NCBI GenBank assembly: GCA_030390025.1 | Contig: CM059452.1 | Coordinates: forward strand, 9,672,001-9,736,000 | Direction of reading: 5' to 3' | DNA from: Squalus acanthias | Taxonomy: Eukaryota | Length of the DNA: 64,000 nt | The notes under the pieces: model-generated | The model's input: only the letters and a program-made list of their open reading frames with translations | Database searches by the model: none | What the model was told of the DNA's origin: nothing | Shown: in pieces, positions 11,992-23,461 of the stretch | Layout of the letters: each line of letters opens with the position of its first letter | How positions within the stretch are numbered: position 1 is the first letter of the stretch | Translations under genes and position numbers: made by a program

Positions 11992-12062
11992 CACACTGAG
12001 AGGAAACGCGGCAGTCACTGTACAAAAACCTCCCTCCTGTTTACAGTCCCGTAACAGCTGCA

Positions 12063-12191
12063 GCAATCTCTCCAAAAACACAGGGCGGGCAAGGCGCGTC
12101 AGAGCGAGAGCAGCGAACGGAAGCTGTGGGCGGGGCTGCCGCAGGCAGTGTTACCGCAAGGGTTGTCTCTATAATTTCCAGTTGATAGCGG
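12063..12191 (-). promoter_or_regulatory. Orphan V-promoter fragment (its gene is absent)
   Basis: Aligns to 3811-3900 and, inverted, to 8320-8410 (cggaagctgtgggcggggctgccgc). Confidence 0.65.
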
Positions 12192-13866
12192 GTTTGATCA
12201 GAGATACTGACAGTCACAGCATAAAGTATCGGCCTGTGGAGCCGTCACTCAGTGAGTGCATTCCTTGGTCTGAGGAAAACTTCAGCATTGCTTAATTGTG
12301 GGATTATATTCACCGGGGCCGAATCGGTCACACTGAGTGTTTATTTTATGCTGGTGTGTGACGACTCATCGAGAGCATTAACTTCATTCTCCTGTAACAT
12401 TCGTGTTTACACCGAGGTGTCCAATCTGTGGTTGAGATTTCCTCTGGTCGCTATTTCTAACGAAATAATGAACGCATTCTAAAAGAATGAGATTGCGATT
12501 TCGTTAAAACAATTTCAGAGGAGAATTCCACAGAGAGACCAGAGGAAATCTTCCCCTTGTGTGTCCCCATCAGAAGGTTAATCAAACCCGACCCCCGTCA
12601 ACCACCTCAGTCTGATTACTGACAGTGAGTGAAATAAACTGAACATCTTCATCTACATTCAAACCGATATATTGTCATTTCGAGATAATATCTAACCGCC
12701 ATCATCCGACTGTGTTGGCAATAGCTCGGAGGGGAATAGGAGCCCCTTCCCTAAATATCTGCTGAACCCGTTAGATTAAAGTCTGCCTGAAACTAACAGG
12801 AGGCGCGGAAATTAATCACACGGGGAGGGAAATGGTGGCTGTTAGCAGTCAACCTCCTTTCTCCTCTGGTTCACAACAACACGTTTCGAGTAAGCACGAG
12901 ACTCCGTAGTGGAGTACACGGAACAGACCTTATTGATGCACAGTAAAGGTGACCAGCCTTTAACTGTATACAGAGAGTGACTGTTTCGGTTTCAGTATCT
13001 TTCGAGTACACGCTGAGATACTGTTGAAAACCATGATCCTTTATACACCATATTTTGACTACATCAAAGGCAAATGTCATAGATAAGCCTGTATGACGTA
13101 TCTATTCCCAGACCCTTTGAAAACGGAATATTCATCTAAACAGTTTGTTGTTTGTTTAATTCATAACTACGTCCGTTAAACAAGAATTTCTGACGGTAAC
13201 AGTTACTAGTATCTTTGAAGTAACAGCTGTACAAACTGCTCTCTGTAGCTAATGATTCCCTTCTAACCATGGTTATTACCCTAAAACTAAACCACTCATG
13301 GGTGGCGTCATTACTATCACTTATTCCCTTACACAAGCACTTTACATCTCAGAAACAAAGCACTGCATTCTTTTTACGACAATTCAAAGTCATCCTGTTC
13401 ATATATTGAAAGCCTGGAAGCTTGTTAATCCAAGATACAAAGAAGTTCGACTGTTACCCCGTCACTCCCCAAGATGTCCAACATACATCTCTCCAGGCTG
13501 TCCAACAGTGGTTAGTGACACGGGAGAAACTCCTCACTCGGGTTACAACCCTGTCTCTCTGGGTGTGTCGTCGATTACATATTTTAATATATGAGATTTT
13601 TTTTCAAACTGCAGCTTTACAAAACTACCAAAAATGTCACTTTGCAGTTGCTTTAAGATTTGCAGTATAAGGAAATCATTCATAAGCGTGGTGGAGAGAG
13701 ATTGTGACGGTGAAAACAAGACAGAACAAGCGGGAGGGGAGGTATTTTACTGAACACCAGGAACACAACACAAATATAAACAGGTTTGAAATGTTGATGG
13801 TTTTCGACATATCATGAATAACATGGGACTGAGTGCGAAGGAAGCAGCGAGAAACATATGAGCACG

Positions 13867-13880
13867 GCGCCCTCTGGCGG
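13867..13880 (-). promoter_or_regulatory. CTCF motif, paralogous to 8286
   Basis: Reverse complement ccgccagagggcgccgtgctcatatgtttct versus ccgccagagggcgccgtggtcacatgtttct at 8286. Confidence 0.65.
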
Positions 13881-14393
13881 ATATAATGGGAACTTTTACA
13901 CTTTTGAGATCCTGGGTGAAAACAGACAGTCAGTGTATCTATGGGCAGTTTCCAGTGCTCATTTATAGCGAGATGTGTTGCGGTGATGCTGATGGCGAAT
14001 GTAGAGCCTTTTACATCAACACTTACAGCGACAGAAACATTAATCAGATGAATTCGAGCTCGGAAATTGACAGCTTGCGCTCGCAGATTTAACCCTTTCT
14101 GATCTGAAAAATAAACAACTCACAACCCACATTCACAACAACTGACTTTCATTTCCTTTCAGTTCTACTGGTGCCAGATGCTCGTGACCTTTGTGCACAG
14201 GCTCCAGACAGTCAGTATGTTTTTCCTCCTCCAGTTCCCGGTGTCCAGTGATTCCTTTCTCTGTGTCTCCGCACTGTGGGAACCCGAATACAAACTGGTC
14301 CCCCTGCTCAGGGAGAACAAGCGACCGAGGCCCAGACAGGCCGCTGTCCATCTGTTTGTCAGTCAGCAGCCTGGTTACCTCTATGAAAGCCTT

Positions 14394-14589
14394 NNNNNNN
14401 NNNNNNNNNNNNNNNNNNNNNNNNNNNNNNNNNNNNNNNNNNNNNNNNNNNNNNNNNNNNNNNNNNNNNNNNNNNNNNNNNNNNNNNNNNNNNNNNNNNN
14501 NNNNNNNNNNNNNNNNNNNNNNNNNNNNNNNNNNNNNNNNNNNNNNNNNNNNNNNNNNNNNNNNNNNNNNNNNNNNNNNNNNNNNNNNN
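14394..14589. other. Assembly gap (196 N)
   Basis: Run of n. Confidence 1.
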
Positions 14590-14806
14590 TGGCTGTATAA
14601 TTACAATACAACTGAACATCGTCTCCTTCATTTACTGTGGTTGCAGCCAGTGTCTGTGAACCGGAGTCTCCTCGCCCATGTCCTGCAAGAGCCCAGAGCG
14701 ATATTAAATTAAACAATGTCACTTCACTGTGTTTACCGCCCAGAATCAGCCCGTCACCCCAACACTTACCTGTGAAGCAAATCAGGGCAGTTGAACATAA
14801 ATATAT
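14590..14806 (-). pseudogene. Partial TCR V, paralogue of 1236-1667; ATG changed to ATA; 3' part lost in the gap
   Basis: Leader IYLCSTALICFT (14806-14770). Exon from 14682 reads GHGRGDSGSQTLAATTVNEGDDVQLYCNYTA and runs into the Ns. Confidence 0.8.
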
Positions 14807-15409
14807 ATCCCCACAGCTCAGGGGCTGCTCACGGGATGGCGCTGGGATCGACTGAATAAACATCCTTTAATTAACCTTCAGCACCTTCCAACGGGATCAG
14901 TTCCTCACCTTCACCTCTTGTGATGTGAAGGGAAAACTCCAAACTGTCTGTGGGTTTAAGACTCGTGTGTCTGTCAATGTCCGTCATTGACGCCGACGGG
15001 CTTGTCTGTCTGCCATTCGCCTGTAATCTCACCTCAACTCATCCGCTTTCATTCACTGAGGGAGTTTGTCGAGTTTCCCCAAACAGTGTTCAGTGTTGAG
15101 TCAAGGTGGATCCTGATGGTTTTCTTCACTTCGGATCAACCTATTGATATTCATGTGTTCAGGGAACTGACCGATTAAATATAATGTATGATACAGATGT
15201 GAAACACAATGCTGTGTAACTTGTGAACTTATCAGTTAAGAGAGCTGCAGCTGCGACGAATAAATAAAAAGTAACACCCAACATGTTTGCAGAGAGTTGG
15301 TGGTGGATTTGAACAGAACGGTTTGAAGCTGAAATTGTCTTGTAGTCAAGAATTGGGAAGATGTTGAGTAATATCCGGTCTCTCTGCTGTTTGGTCCGTT
15401 CCCGACAGA

Positions 15410-15545
15410 GTCAGCAGATCACATCCAATCAGCTCTCGGTCCTTTGTTCTCCAATTTATCCAATCAGTTTGCAGCTCCTTTGTTTTCCAATTCAACCAAT
15501 CAGCTCACAGCTACTTTGTTCGCCAATTCATGACGTCAGAGCGGG
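15410..15545 (+). promoter_or_regulatory. CCAAT x6 plus CRE promoter module, copy 2, between head-to-head V genes
   Basis: Six ccaat in ~35-bp repeats and a perfect CRE tgacgtca at 15531-15538, ~165 bp upstream of ATG 15704. Confidence 0.65.
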
Positions 15546-15703
15546 GATCAGAGAACGGAGTGAAATTGTTCTCCTCAGAACTGGACGAGGATTAAAGCCA
15601 ATGTTCGCCCTTTAGCAGCGTCAGTCTGTGAGATGGGGCCAGTGACCAATAGTTGATGTTGTTCTGGTATCAGAGCCGGAGACTCCCATCTAAACCAGAC
15701 ACC

Positions 15704-16062
15704 ATGCGCTCCCCATGTTTCTTACTGATAATAATGGTCCTGCTGCCCGGTGAGTCTATGTTTAAAATATCGTATGTATTTCATGGGTTATATTTACTCC
15801 CAGACTTCTGACAGATTCAGTATTTTGTTATAATGAGGAAGCCTCATTTTCCCAGGATCCACCTGAATTAGCGGTTCAGGAAGGACAGATATTAATACTG
15901 AACTCTAGTTACTCCACAGCCGATAGATTTCCCGACCTCTTCTGGTACAGCCAGTATCCCCGGGGAAGATCCGAGTTATTTAATGAGGAGATACAGCTCG
16001 GGGCAGGGAGTGAAGTCTCCAGATTTCCCAGACCGGTTCTCCGCTGATTTGGGCAAAGACAC
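15704..16062 (+). pseudogene. TCR V pseudogene, paralogue of 20956-21387
   Basis: Leader MRSPCFLLIIMVLLP with gtgagt donor. Acceptor lost, first Cys changed to Ser, frameshift after WYSQYP, truncated after DRFSADLGKD, no RSS. Confidence 0.85.
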
Positions 16063-16227
16063 AGACACAAATACAACTCGTTGAAATAGAAACCTGGCTG
16101 TCTTTAGTCTCCGTGGGTTTGGGATCAAATTAACCCCACAGAAAGCAGCACAAAAAGAACACTTAATGGAGCTGTAAATTCTCGCTGAGGTTTTTGTACG
16201 GGGCCTTTGCTTTTATCTGACGCTGTG

Positions 16228-16785
16228 CCTCACTGCACAGTAATAGACCGCTCCGTCCTCCACACTCAGGCTGCTTATATTGAGGTAACCGTACTTTCTA
16301 GACGTGTTAGCAGCTGCCAGATATTGTCCTGAGATTTCGTCTCCCTTCAGTGCTACCACTTTGCTAATTATCCAGCTTGGTGGCTGTGCCGATTTCTGCC
16401 GATACCATTGCATGTAGTCAATATCCGGGCTTTTATATTCACAATCTAACTGCACCGAACCCCCTGTTGACACGGCAATTGTCACCGGAGACTGAGTTAC
16501 TGGATCTGCACACAGCCCGCCTGTGAAAATAGGGGAACAGAAGAGCAGAAGATTAAATCGAAACTTGTGTCTATCTGTATGAGAGTGGGTAACCCTCCAT
16601 CTACACAGCTGTCCATCATGTGGATATTTCTGATCGGTAATTGCACTAAATCCCTGCACACGCTCTTTGCATCAACCAGCTAACCTGTGTTTTAAATATA
16701 ATCCAATACTTACTGTTCAACACAGCCGCCAGTATTATTAGAAATTGACTGAATCTCTCACAGTGACTTGGAATTGAATGAACAT
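16228..16785 (-). CDS. TCR V segment with intact V exon (16520-16228) and RSS; leader start uncertain
   Basis: GLCADPVTQSP...LDCEY...MQWYRQ...EDGAVYYCAVR. RSS: cacagcg (16221-16227), 23-bp spacer, acaaaaacc (16189-16197). Leader ...FSQFLIILAAVLN with gtaagt donor at 16713. The nearest ATG (16785) is out of frame. Confidence 0.72.
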
Positions 16786-17165
16786 AAGAACATAAGCAAT
16801 AGCAGCTGGAGTAGGCCATTCGGCCCTTCGAGCCTGCTCCGCCATTCAATGAGATCATGACTGATCTTCTGCCTCAATTCCATTCACCGGCCTTATCGCC
16901 ATATTCTTTGATGCCCTTACTAGTCAGAAATCTATCGACTTCTGTTTTGAATATACCCAATGACTGAGCCTCCACAGCCCTCTGGGGTAGAGAATTCCAA
17001 AGATTCACCACCCTCTGTGTGAAGAAATTTCTTCTCATCTCAGTCCTGAATGGCCTACCCTTTATCCTGAGGCTGTGGCCCCTGGTTCTAGACTCCCCAG
17101 CCAAGGGAAACATTCTCCCAGCATCTACCCTATCAAGCCCTGTAATAATTTTGTATGCTTCAATG
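16781..17165 (-). mobile_element. CR1 3' fragment inserted at the V leader
   Basis: MFPLAGESRTRGHSLRIKGRPFRTEMRRNFFTQRVV..., then 3' UTR and (cttatgtt) tail. Confidence 0.92.
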
Positions 17166-17559
17166 AGGCAGAGATTGAGAAGGAGAGCGGTAACCCGGGC
17201 TGTTCAGCTCATTGTTCCACCCACACACTGCAGGGGGCGTCCCCATTGTGACCTCATTCAGGCTTCGATTGCTGTTGGCCTTGGCGTTTGCATCACATGA
17301 CTTTCTAATGATCATTCTTGAGTTCGGCGCCTTCTGCTGGCGCATTGTATTACCTAAGCCTTAGAATGAGGTCATTGAGGAGATTTAAGGTTTTTGGTCA
17401 TATATAAAAACCCGATTGCCAGCTATTGGCTCTCAAAGATCAAGATTATAGCTGATTAAAGCCGCTCATTATTTCTGATGCGGTATAATCCCTTAATTAC
17501 GCACTCACTCTATGTCCTCCCAGTCGCTTGTTCAGTCAGCAAGAGCATTTTGAACACAG

Positions 17560-17885
17560 ACGTCATGAAGTGACGAACAAAGGAGTTATGAGCTGATTGG
17601 ACGAATTGGAGAACAAAGTAGCTGTGAGTTGATTGGAAGAATTGGGGTAAAATGGAACTGTGAGCTGATTGGATCTCACCTCTTGACTTGGTCAGGAATA
17701 AACCAATCGGCAGAGACGCCGGATATCATCCACCAGCTTCCCAAGTCTTGACTAAAATACTTCAGGTTTAACCCGTTCTGTTCAAATCTGTCATCAACTC
17801 TCTGCAAACATGTTAGGAGTTACTTTTTATTCATTCGTCACAGCTGCGGCTCTCTTAACTGGTAAAGTTTACAAGTTACACAATC
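17560..17885 (-). promoter_or_regulatory. CCAAT/CRE promoter module, copy 3 (inverted)
   Basis: Multiple attgg and gacgtcat; reverse complement aligns to 15210-15545. Confidence 0.6.
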
Positions 17886-18033
17886 TTCCCTCTTGCACGT
17901 ATCACTGCCATAGAGAATCTTCCTTTTAACTGTATTTTCCCTCTATTTCCTGTATATTCCGTCACCTTGATGCTATCAGTTATAATAAAATGATAATAAA
18001 AGTTTAGAGTTCTGTATTTCTATATTTCTGTAG

Positions 18034-18340
18034 GTGTTAGTTGTGCGGACTCGGTCTCACAGGGGCCGCTTGCAGCGATGCAGTTTGAAGGAGACTCGGT
18101 GACCAGTAATTACAGCTATTCGACCACTGCTCCTTCACATTCCTTACAACTGTACCGTCAGGACCGCGACAATGGGCCAACATTGCTGATCTACAGTCCT
18201 TCTTAGGGAGATGTTTTCAAAGCAGAGGGCACGGGGGCTCGAATTTCCGCATTTCACGACATTTCAGAAAGTATGGGGAATTTCACCATCCGCGGCCTAC
18301 GGCTGTCTGACAGCGCGGTGTATCACTGCGGGCTGAGAGA
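18034..18340 (+). pseudogene. TCR V pseudogene with intact RSS
   Basis: GVSCADSVSQ...; first Cys changed to Tyr, Trp to Leu, TAG at 18204-18206, ends DSAVYHCGLR. RSS: cacagtg (18341-18347), 23-bp spacer, acaaaaaca (18371-18379). Confidence 0.9.
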
Positions 18341-19129
18341 CACAGTGACAGGAACCAGAGGGAGCCTCGTACAAAAACACTGCCGGAATGTGACAAGGAC
18401 AAGTGGATAGCGGGCAGTGTGGGGAGAAACGGGGACTGTCAGTACTTCTCACAGGAGAGTGTCCGTGTAAAAACTGACAAATCAATCGCTATCCAACTAA
18501 CAGTACAGAACAGGAAACATCATGTTTATTATTAATAAAAATAATCGTGTTGCTAATTTGATAATAAGGTATTCGATGGGACGGTGCTTCCAATCCCTGT
18601 TCATGTAATGGGCACCTCAACTTTCAAACTTAGTGAAACAAATATAAACCAGTTCTCATTCCGTGTCAGAATCGCACTCAGACCTGGCGCTCCAGTCGGC
18701 AGGAAATGAACTGAACGGAGGGAACACATTCAGTGACGATGTAATAAACCATTGAGGAGTCAAACACCTTCAGAACAAAGAAGTCTCGGCTGAACTCTGA
18801 CCCCGCGAGACTCCCATTCCCCAGCTGGTGCGCAAACTCAGAGAAAACTGTCCAGAAAACAGGCAAAAGAGCAACAGTCAATAGTCTGAAGATGAAGGTG
18901 GCAGTGATTCAGGAGAGACAGTTCCCAGTGAGTAACAGGGAAAACAACGCGGAAACTGCACAGACTGAACCCAACCGACAAATGAGAGACTTTGGGAACA
19001 GTTCTCAGGATGGCCGGAACCGCAAACAGCACAAAGTGAGCCTTATATCCGGCTTCAGCAGGCGGAGCCTCTGATCTACAAAGCGGCGGGAGTTTCTGTA
19101 CCAGGGTTTAACTGGTTTCCATCAGTGTG

Positions 19130-19604
19130 GTCTCAGGGCGCAGTAATAAACTGCAGTGTCGGTCAGCTGCAGCCCCGAGATGGTTAAACTGGTGAATTTA
19201 GTCCAGGTCTGGATTTCTGCAAAGAAACGGGTTTGATCATAATTTGCATTATGCTCAACACCATCAACACCATCATGATCCTTCCACAGTATAAACTCGG
19301 GCTGTGTGTCTGGGTGTTTCCGGTACCAGTATAAATAATTAAAGGTGCTCCATTTAGTGCCATAGGTACAGTTTACAGTCACCGCTTCTCCTTCTGTCTT
19401 AACTCCCGGGGACAGCGGCTGAGTGACAGAATCTCCAAGACTCAGATCTGAAAAACATGTTCAAACAGGAAAAGATCAGACCGGCGGGTGTTTAAAATTC
19501 AGATTCAAACCATGTTAGAAATGAGAGAAAAGATTAAATGTGTTTGGTCCACAATTACCTGTCAGAAATGCCCCCCACACAGCCCAGATGCTGAGTAGCC
19601 GCAT
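19130..19604 (-). CDS. TCR delta/alpha V segment, intact (leader 19604-19559, V exon 19447-19130)
   Basis: MRLLSIWAVWGAFLT|DLSLGDSVTQ...VNCTY...LYWYRK...DTAVYYCALR. RSS: cacactg (19123-19129), 23-bp spacer, acagaaact (19091-19099). Confidence 0.92.
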
Positions 19605-20159
19605 TCTCGCTGTCCGCTCTGTAAAAGGGGGGTTGGATATTTGAAGACACCCGTTCTAATCCCCGCCCTCAATAATCTGCTGTCGTGTCTCAGGATGCTC
19701 TCACCTCACTTCCTTGTGTCCCCAGTGGTGCTGTGAGACCGGTAGGTGGTGAGCTGGCTGCCAGTGAATGGAAACACCCCGAGCTGGGCTATCGTCAGTG
19801 TCCTTTTGGGGGAATGGTTCCGCTTTTAGAGACCGGGGGTGGGAATGAAACTCTTGCCTGGTTATTGGAACCCGGAAGCTGAGAGATTGTTAATGGTGAC
19901 GGAACATATTCCAGCATTAAAGAGACATTCTGAAGGACAATGGACATTGGGGGAACTCTGTGCTTGGGGCCTGTTTTAAAGAGCACAATCACTACCTTGT
20001 GAAATCTGTTCATTGTGTATAAACTGTCTCTGACCCAGCAACATACTCTGATCAAATAAACCCTGTGTACAGGCCGCGATCAATGGGTCCGGGACACTGA
20101 CAGGGGAGATGTGTAAAGGGCTGCACAATATTGCAGGCAGGCACGGAAGGGGCATCATA

Positions 20160-20670
20160 GATTCATAGAATCTTACAGCACAGAAGGGGCATTCGGCCTG
20201 TCGTGCCTGTTTAGTCCCATATCCCAGCTTTTTCTCCATAACCCTGCAAATTAGTCCTCTTCAAGTACATGTCCAATTGCCTTTTGAAAGTTCCCATGAA
20301 ATCTGATTCCACCACCCTTTCAGGCATTGCCTTTCAGATCTTAACAACCTCTTTGTGAAGAAATGTCTCCTCATTTCCCTCTAGTTCTTTTTCCAATTAT
20401 TTTAAATCTATTCCCTCTGGTTATCAACCCACTTGCCAGAGGAAATAGTTTCTCCCTATTTGCTCTGTCAAAACCCCTCATAATTTTGAATAATTCTATT
20501 AGGTCTCCCCTTAACCTTCTCTGCTCTTAGGAGAACAATCCCGGCTTCTACAATCTCTCCACATAACTGAAGTCCCTCATCCCTGGTATCATCCTGGTAA
20601 ACCTCCTCTGTACCCTCTCCAGGGCCTTGGCATCCTTCCTAACGTGTGGTGCCCAGAAATGTCCACAATA
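20160..20670 (-). mobile_element. CR1 3' fragment, decayed
   Basis: Reverse complement resembles the YCVQFWAP...ALERVQRRFTRMIPG...EKLFPL region and the 3' tail. Confidence 0.8.
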
Positions 20671-20877
20671 GAGAAAGGACAAAAGGGGAGTTAAGGCGCC
20701 ACAGACATGATTTGTGACGTTCATTTTTATTATAAATACGAGTTGAAATCACCTAAAAAATCCCCAAGTGGACCTGACCTGTTCTTGTTGAGTGTTGTGA
20801 CAAGTCGCTCTGTTAAGAAGGTCCCTGTGACACTCAGTTTGGAGGCTGAATGATCGCTGCTGTTTATCAGTGTGAGA

Positions 20878-20891
20878 GCGCCCTCTGGTGA
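20878..20891 (-). promoter_or_regulatory. RSS-proximal CTCF motif
   Basis: Reverse complement tcaccagagggcgc, 24 bp beyond the nonamer at 20916-20924. Confidence 0.65.
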
Positions 20892-20955
20892 TCACTAACT
20901 GGAACTCTCAGTGTGGGTTTTTGTACGGGATCCGCTATATCTCTGCAGCAGTGTG

Positions 20956-21387
20956 GGGCTCATGGCACAGAAATACACGGCGGTGTCGGTGACAAGAACC
21001 GCGGTGATATTTAAAGGAACCGTTTTGCTGTCTCTGTGCAAAACAGCAGAGAACCGGACTGGGAAATCTGGAGACCGGTCTACCGTCCCCGAGCTATATA
21101 TCCTCAGTAAATATCTCGGAGCTTCCCCGGGATACTGGATGTACCAGAACAGAGTTGGAGCAGCTGCCGAGTAACTGCAGTTCAATATAATGTTTTTTCC
21201 TTCCTGAACCATTAATTCAGACGGATCCTGGGACACTGAATCTTTGCCACTCGTTCCTGTAACAAAACACAGAATGTGTCAAAAGTCTGGGAGTAAGGAT
21301 AATCCGCGAAACACACAATGACCATTTACACATGTACTCACTGGACAGCACGACCATTATTATCAGTATGGAACACGGGGAGCACAT
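20956..21387 (-). CDS. TCR alpha/delta V segment, intact ORF (leader 21387-21342, V exon 21256-20956)
   Basis: MCSPCSILIIMVVLS|RTSGKDSVSQ...LNCSY...FWYIQ...DTAVYFCAMS. RSS: cacactg (20949-20955), 24-bp spacer, acaaaaacc. Confidence 0.88.
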
Positions 21388-21429
21388 GGTGTCTGGTTTA
21401 GAATTAGACAGAAAACAGCAGATCATTTT

Positions 21430-23461
21430 AGAAGCATAGAAGATAGGAGCAGGAGTAGGCCATTCGGCCCCTCGAGCCTGCTCCGCCATTTAATGAGATC
21501 ATGGCTGATCATCCAAATTCAGTACCCTGTCCCTGCTTTCTCCCCATATCCCTTGATCCCTTTAGTCTTAAGAAATATATCTATCTCCTTCTTGAATATA
21601 TTTAATGAATTGGCCTCAACTGCCTTCTGTGGTAGAGAATTCCACAGGTTCACCACTCTCTGGGTGAAGAAATTCCTCCTCATCTCAGTCCTAAATGGCT
21701 TAGCCCTTATCCTTAGACTGTGACCTCTGGTTCTGGACTCCCCCGCCATCGGGAACATCCTTCCTGCCTCTAGTCTGTCTAGTCCTGTTAGAATTTTATA
21801 AGTTTCAATGAGATCCCCTCTCATTCTTCTAAACTCTAGCGAATATAAGCCTAATCGACCCAATCTCTCTTCATACGTCATTCATGCCATCCCAGGTATC
21901 AGTCTGGTGAATCTTCGCTAAACTCCCTCCATGGCAAGAACATCCTTCCTCAGATAAGACTACCAACACTGCACACAATACTCAAGGTGTGGTCTCACAA
22001 AGGCCGTGTACAACTGCAGCAAGACATCATTGCTCCTGTACTCGAATCCTCTCGCTATGAAGGCCAACATACCATTTGCCTTCTTAACCGCCTGCTGCAC
22101 CTGTATGCTTACCTTCAGCGACTGGTGCACAAGGGCACCCAGGTCTCGTTGCACTTCCCCTTTTCCCAATCTATTGCCGTTCAGATAATAATCTGCCTTC
22201 CTGTTTTTGCCAACAAAGTGGATAACCTCGCATTTATCCACATTATACTGCATCTGCCATGCATCTGCCCAATCACCCAACCTGTCCAAATCATACTGGA
22301 GTTTCTCTGCATCCTCTTCACAGCACACACGCCCACCCAGCTTTGTGTCGTCTGCAAACTTGGAGATATTACATCTAGTTCCCTCGCCTAGATCATTAAT
22401 ATATATTGTGAATAGCTGGGGTCCCAGCACCGATCCCAGCGGTACCCCACTAGTCACTGCCTGCCACTCGGAAAAAAGACCCGTTTATTCCAACTCTTTG
22501 CTTCCTGTCTGCCAACCAGTTCTCTATCCAAGTACCCTTGGATGTAGATTATCAGGCCCTGGGGATTTATCGGCCTTCAATCCCGTCAATTTCCCTAACA
22601 CCATTTCCCTACAAATACTGATTTCATTCAGTTCCTCCCTCTCATTGGACCCTATGTTCCCCGACATCTCTGGGAGGTTATTTGTGTCCTCCTTTGTGAA
22701 GACAGAGCCAAAGTATGTATTTAATTGGTCTGCCATTTCTTTGTTCCCCATTATAAATTCCCCTGATTCTGACTGCAAGGGACCTACGCTTGACTTCACC
22801 AATCTTTTTCTCTTTACATATATATAGAAGCTTTTACAGTCAGTTTTTATGTTCCCTGCAAGCTTACTCTCATACTCTGTTTCCCCCCTCTTAATTAATC
22901 CCTTTGTCCTCCTTTGCTGAATCCTAAACTGCTCCCAAACCTGAGGTTTGCTGCTTTTTCTGGCCAATTTATATGTCATCTCTTTGGATTTTATGCTATC
23001 CCTAATTTCCCTTGTTAGCCACGGTTGAGTCAACTTTTTTGTTTTATTTTTATGCCAAACAGGGATGAACAAATTCTGTAGTTCATTCATGCGATCTTTA
23101 AATGTTTGCCATTGCCTATCCACCGTCAACCCTTTAAGTAACGTCCCCCAATCCATCCTAGCCAACCCGCGCCTCATACCATCGTAGTTTCCTTTATTTA
23201 AATTCAGGTCCCTAGTCTCTGAGTCAACTAATTCACTCTCCATCTTAATGAAGAATTCTGTCATATTATGATCGCTCCTCCCCAAGGGGCCTCGCACAAC
23301 AAGATTGCAAATAAATCCTTTCTCATTACAAAATACCCAGTCTAAGATGGCCTGGTCTCTAGTTGGTTCCTCGACATATTGGTCCAGGAAACCATCCCGT
23401 ATACACTCTAGGAATTCCTCCTCCACGGTATTGTTACTAATTTGGTTAGCCCAATCTATAT
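21430..23461 (-). mobile_element. CR1 LINE, internally deleted, interrupted by a younger CR1 (resumes at 26214-26243)
   Basis: ORF fragments with the endonuclease end, RT (GSVLGP, KFADD) and C-terminus; 3' tail at ~21430. Confidence 0.92.

Noticed and set aside
14140-14393. Minus-strand cacagtg at ~14272-14278 and a DSGL-like peptide suggesting the 3' end of a V beyond the gap
   Set aside because: No YYC motif, no acceptable nonamer at 12 or 23 bp, and no match to the paralogue's flank.
18678-18881. Hydrophobic leader-like ORF (TVALLPVFWTVFS) on the minus strand
   Set aside because: No ATG, no clean splice donor and no recognisable V exon downstream.
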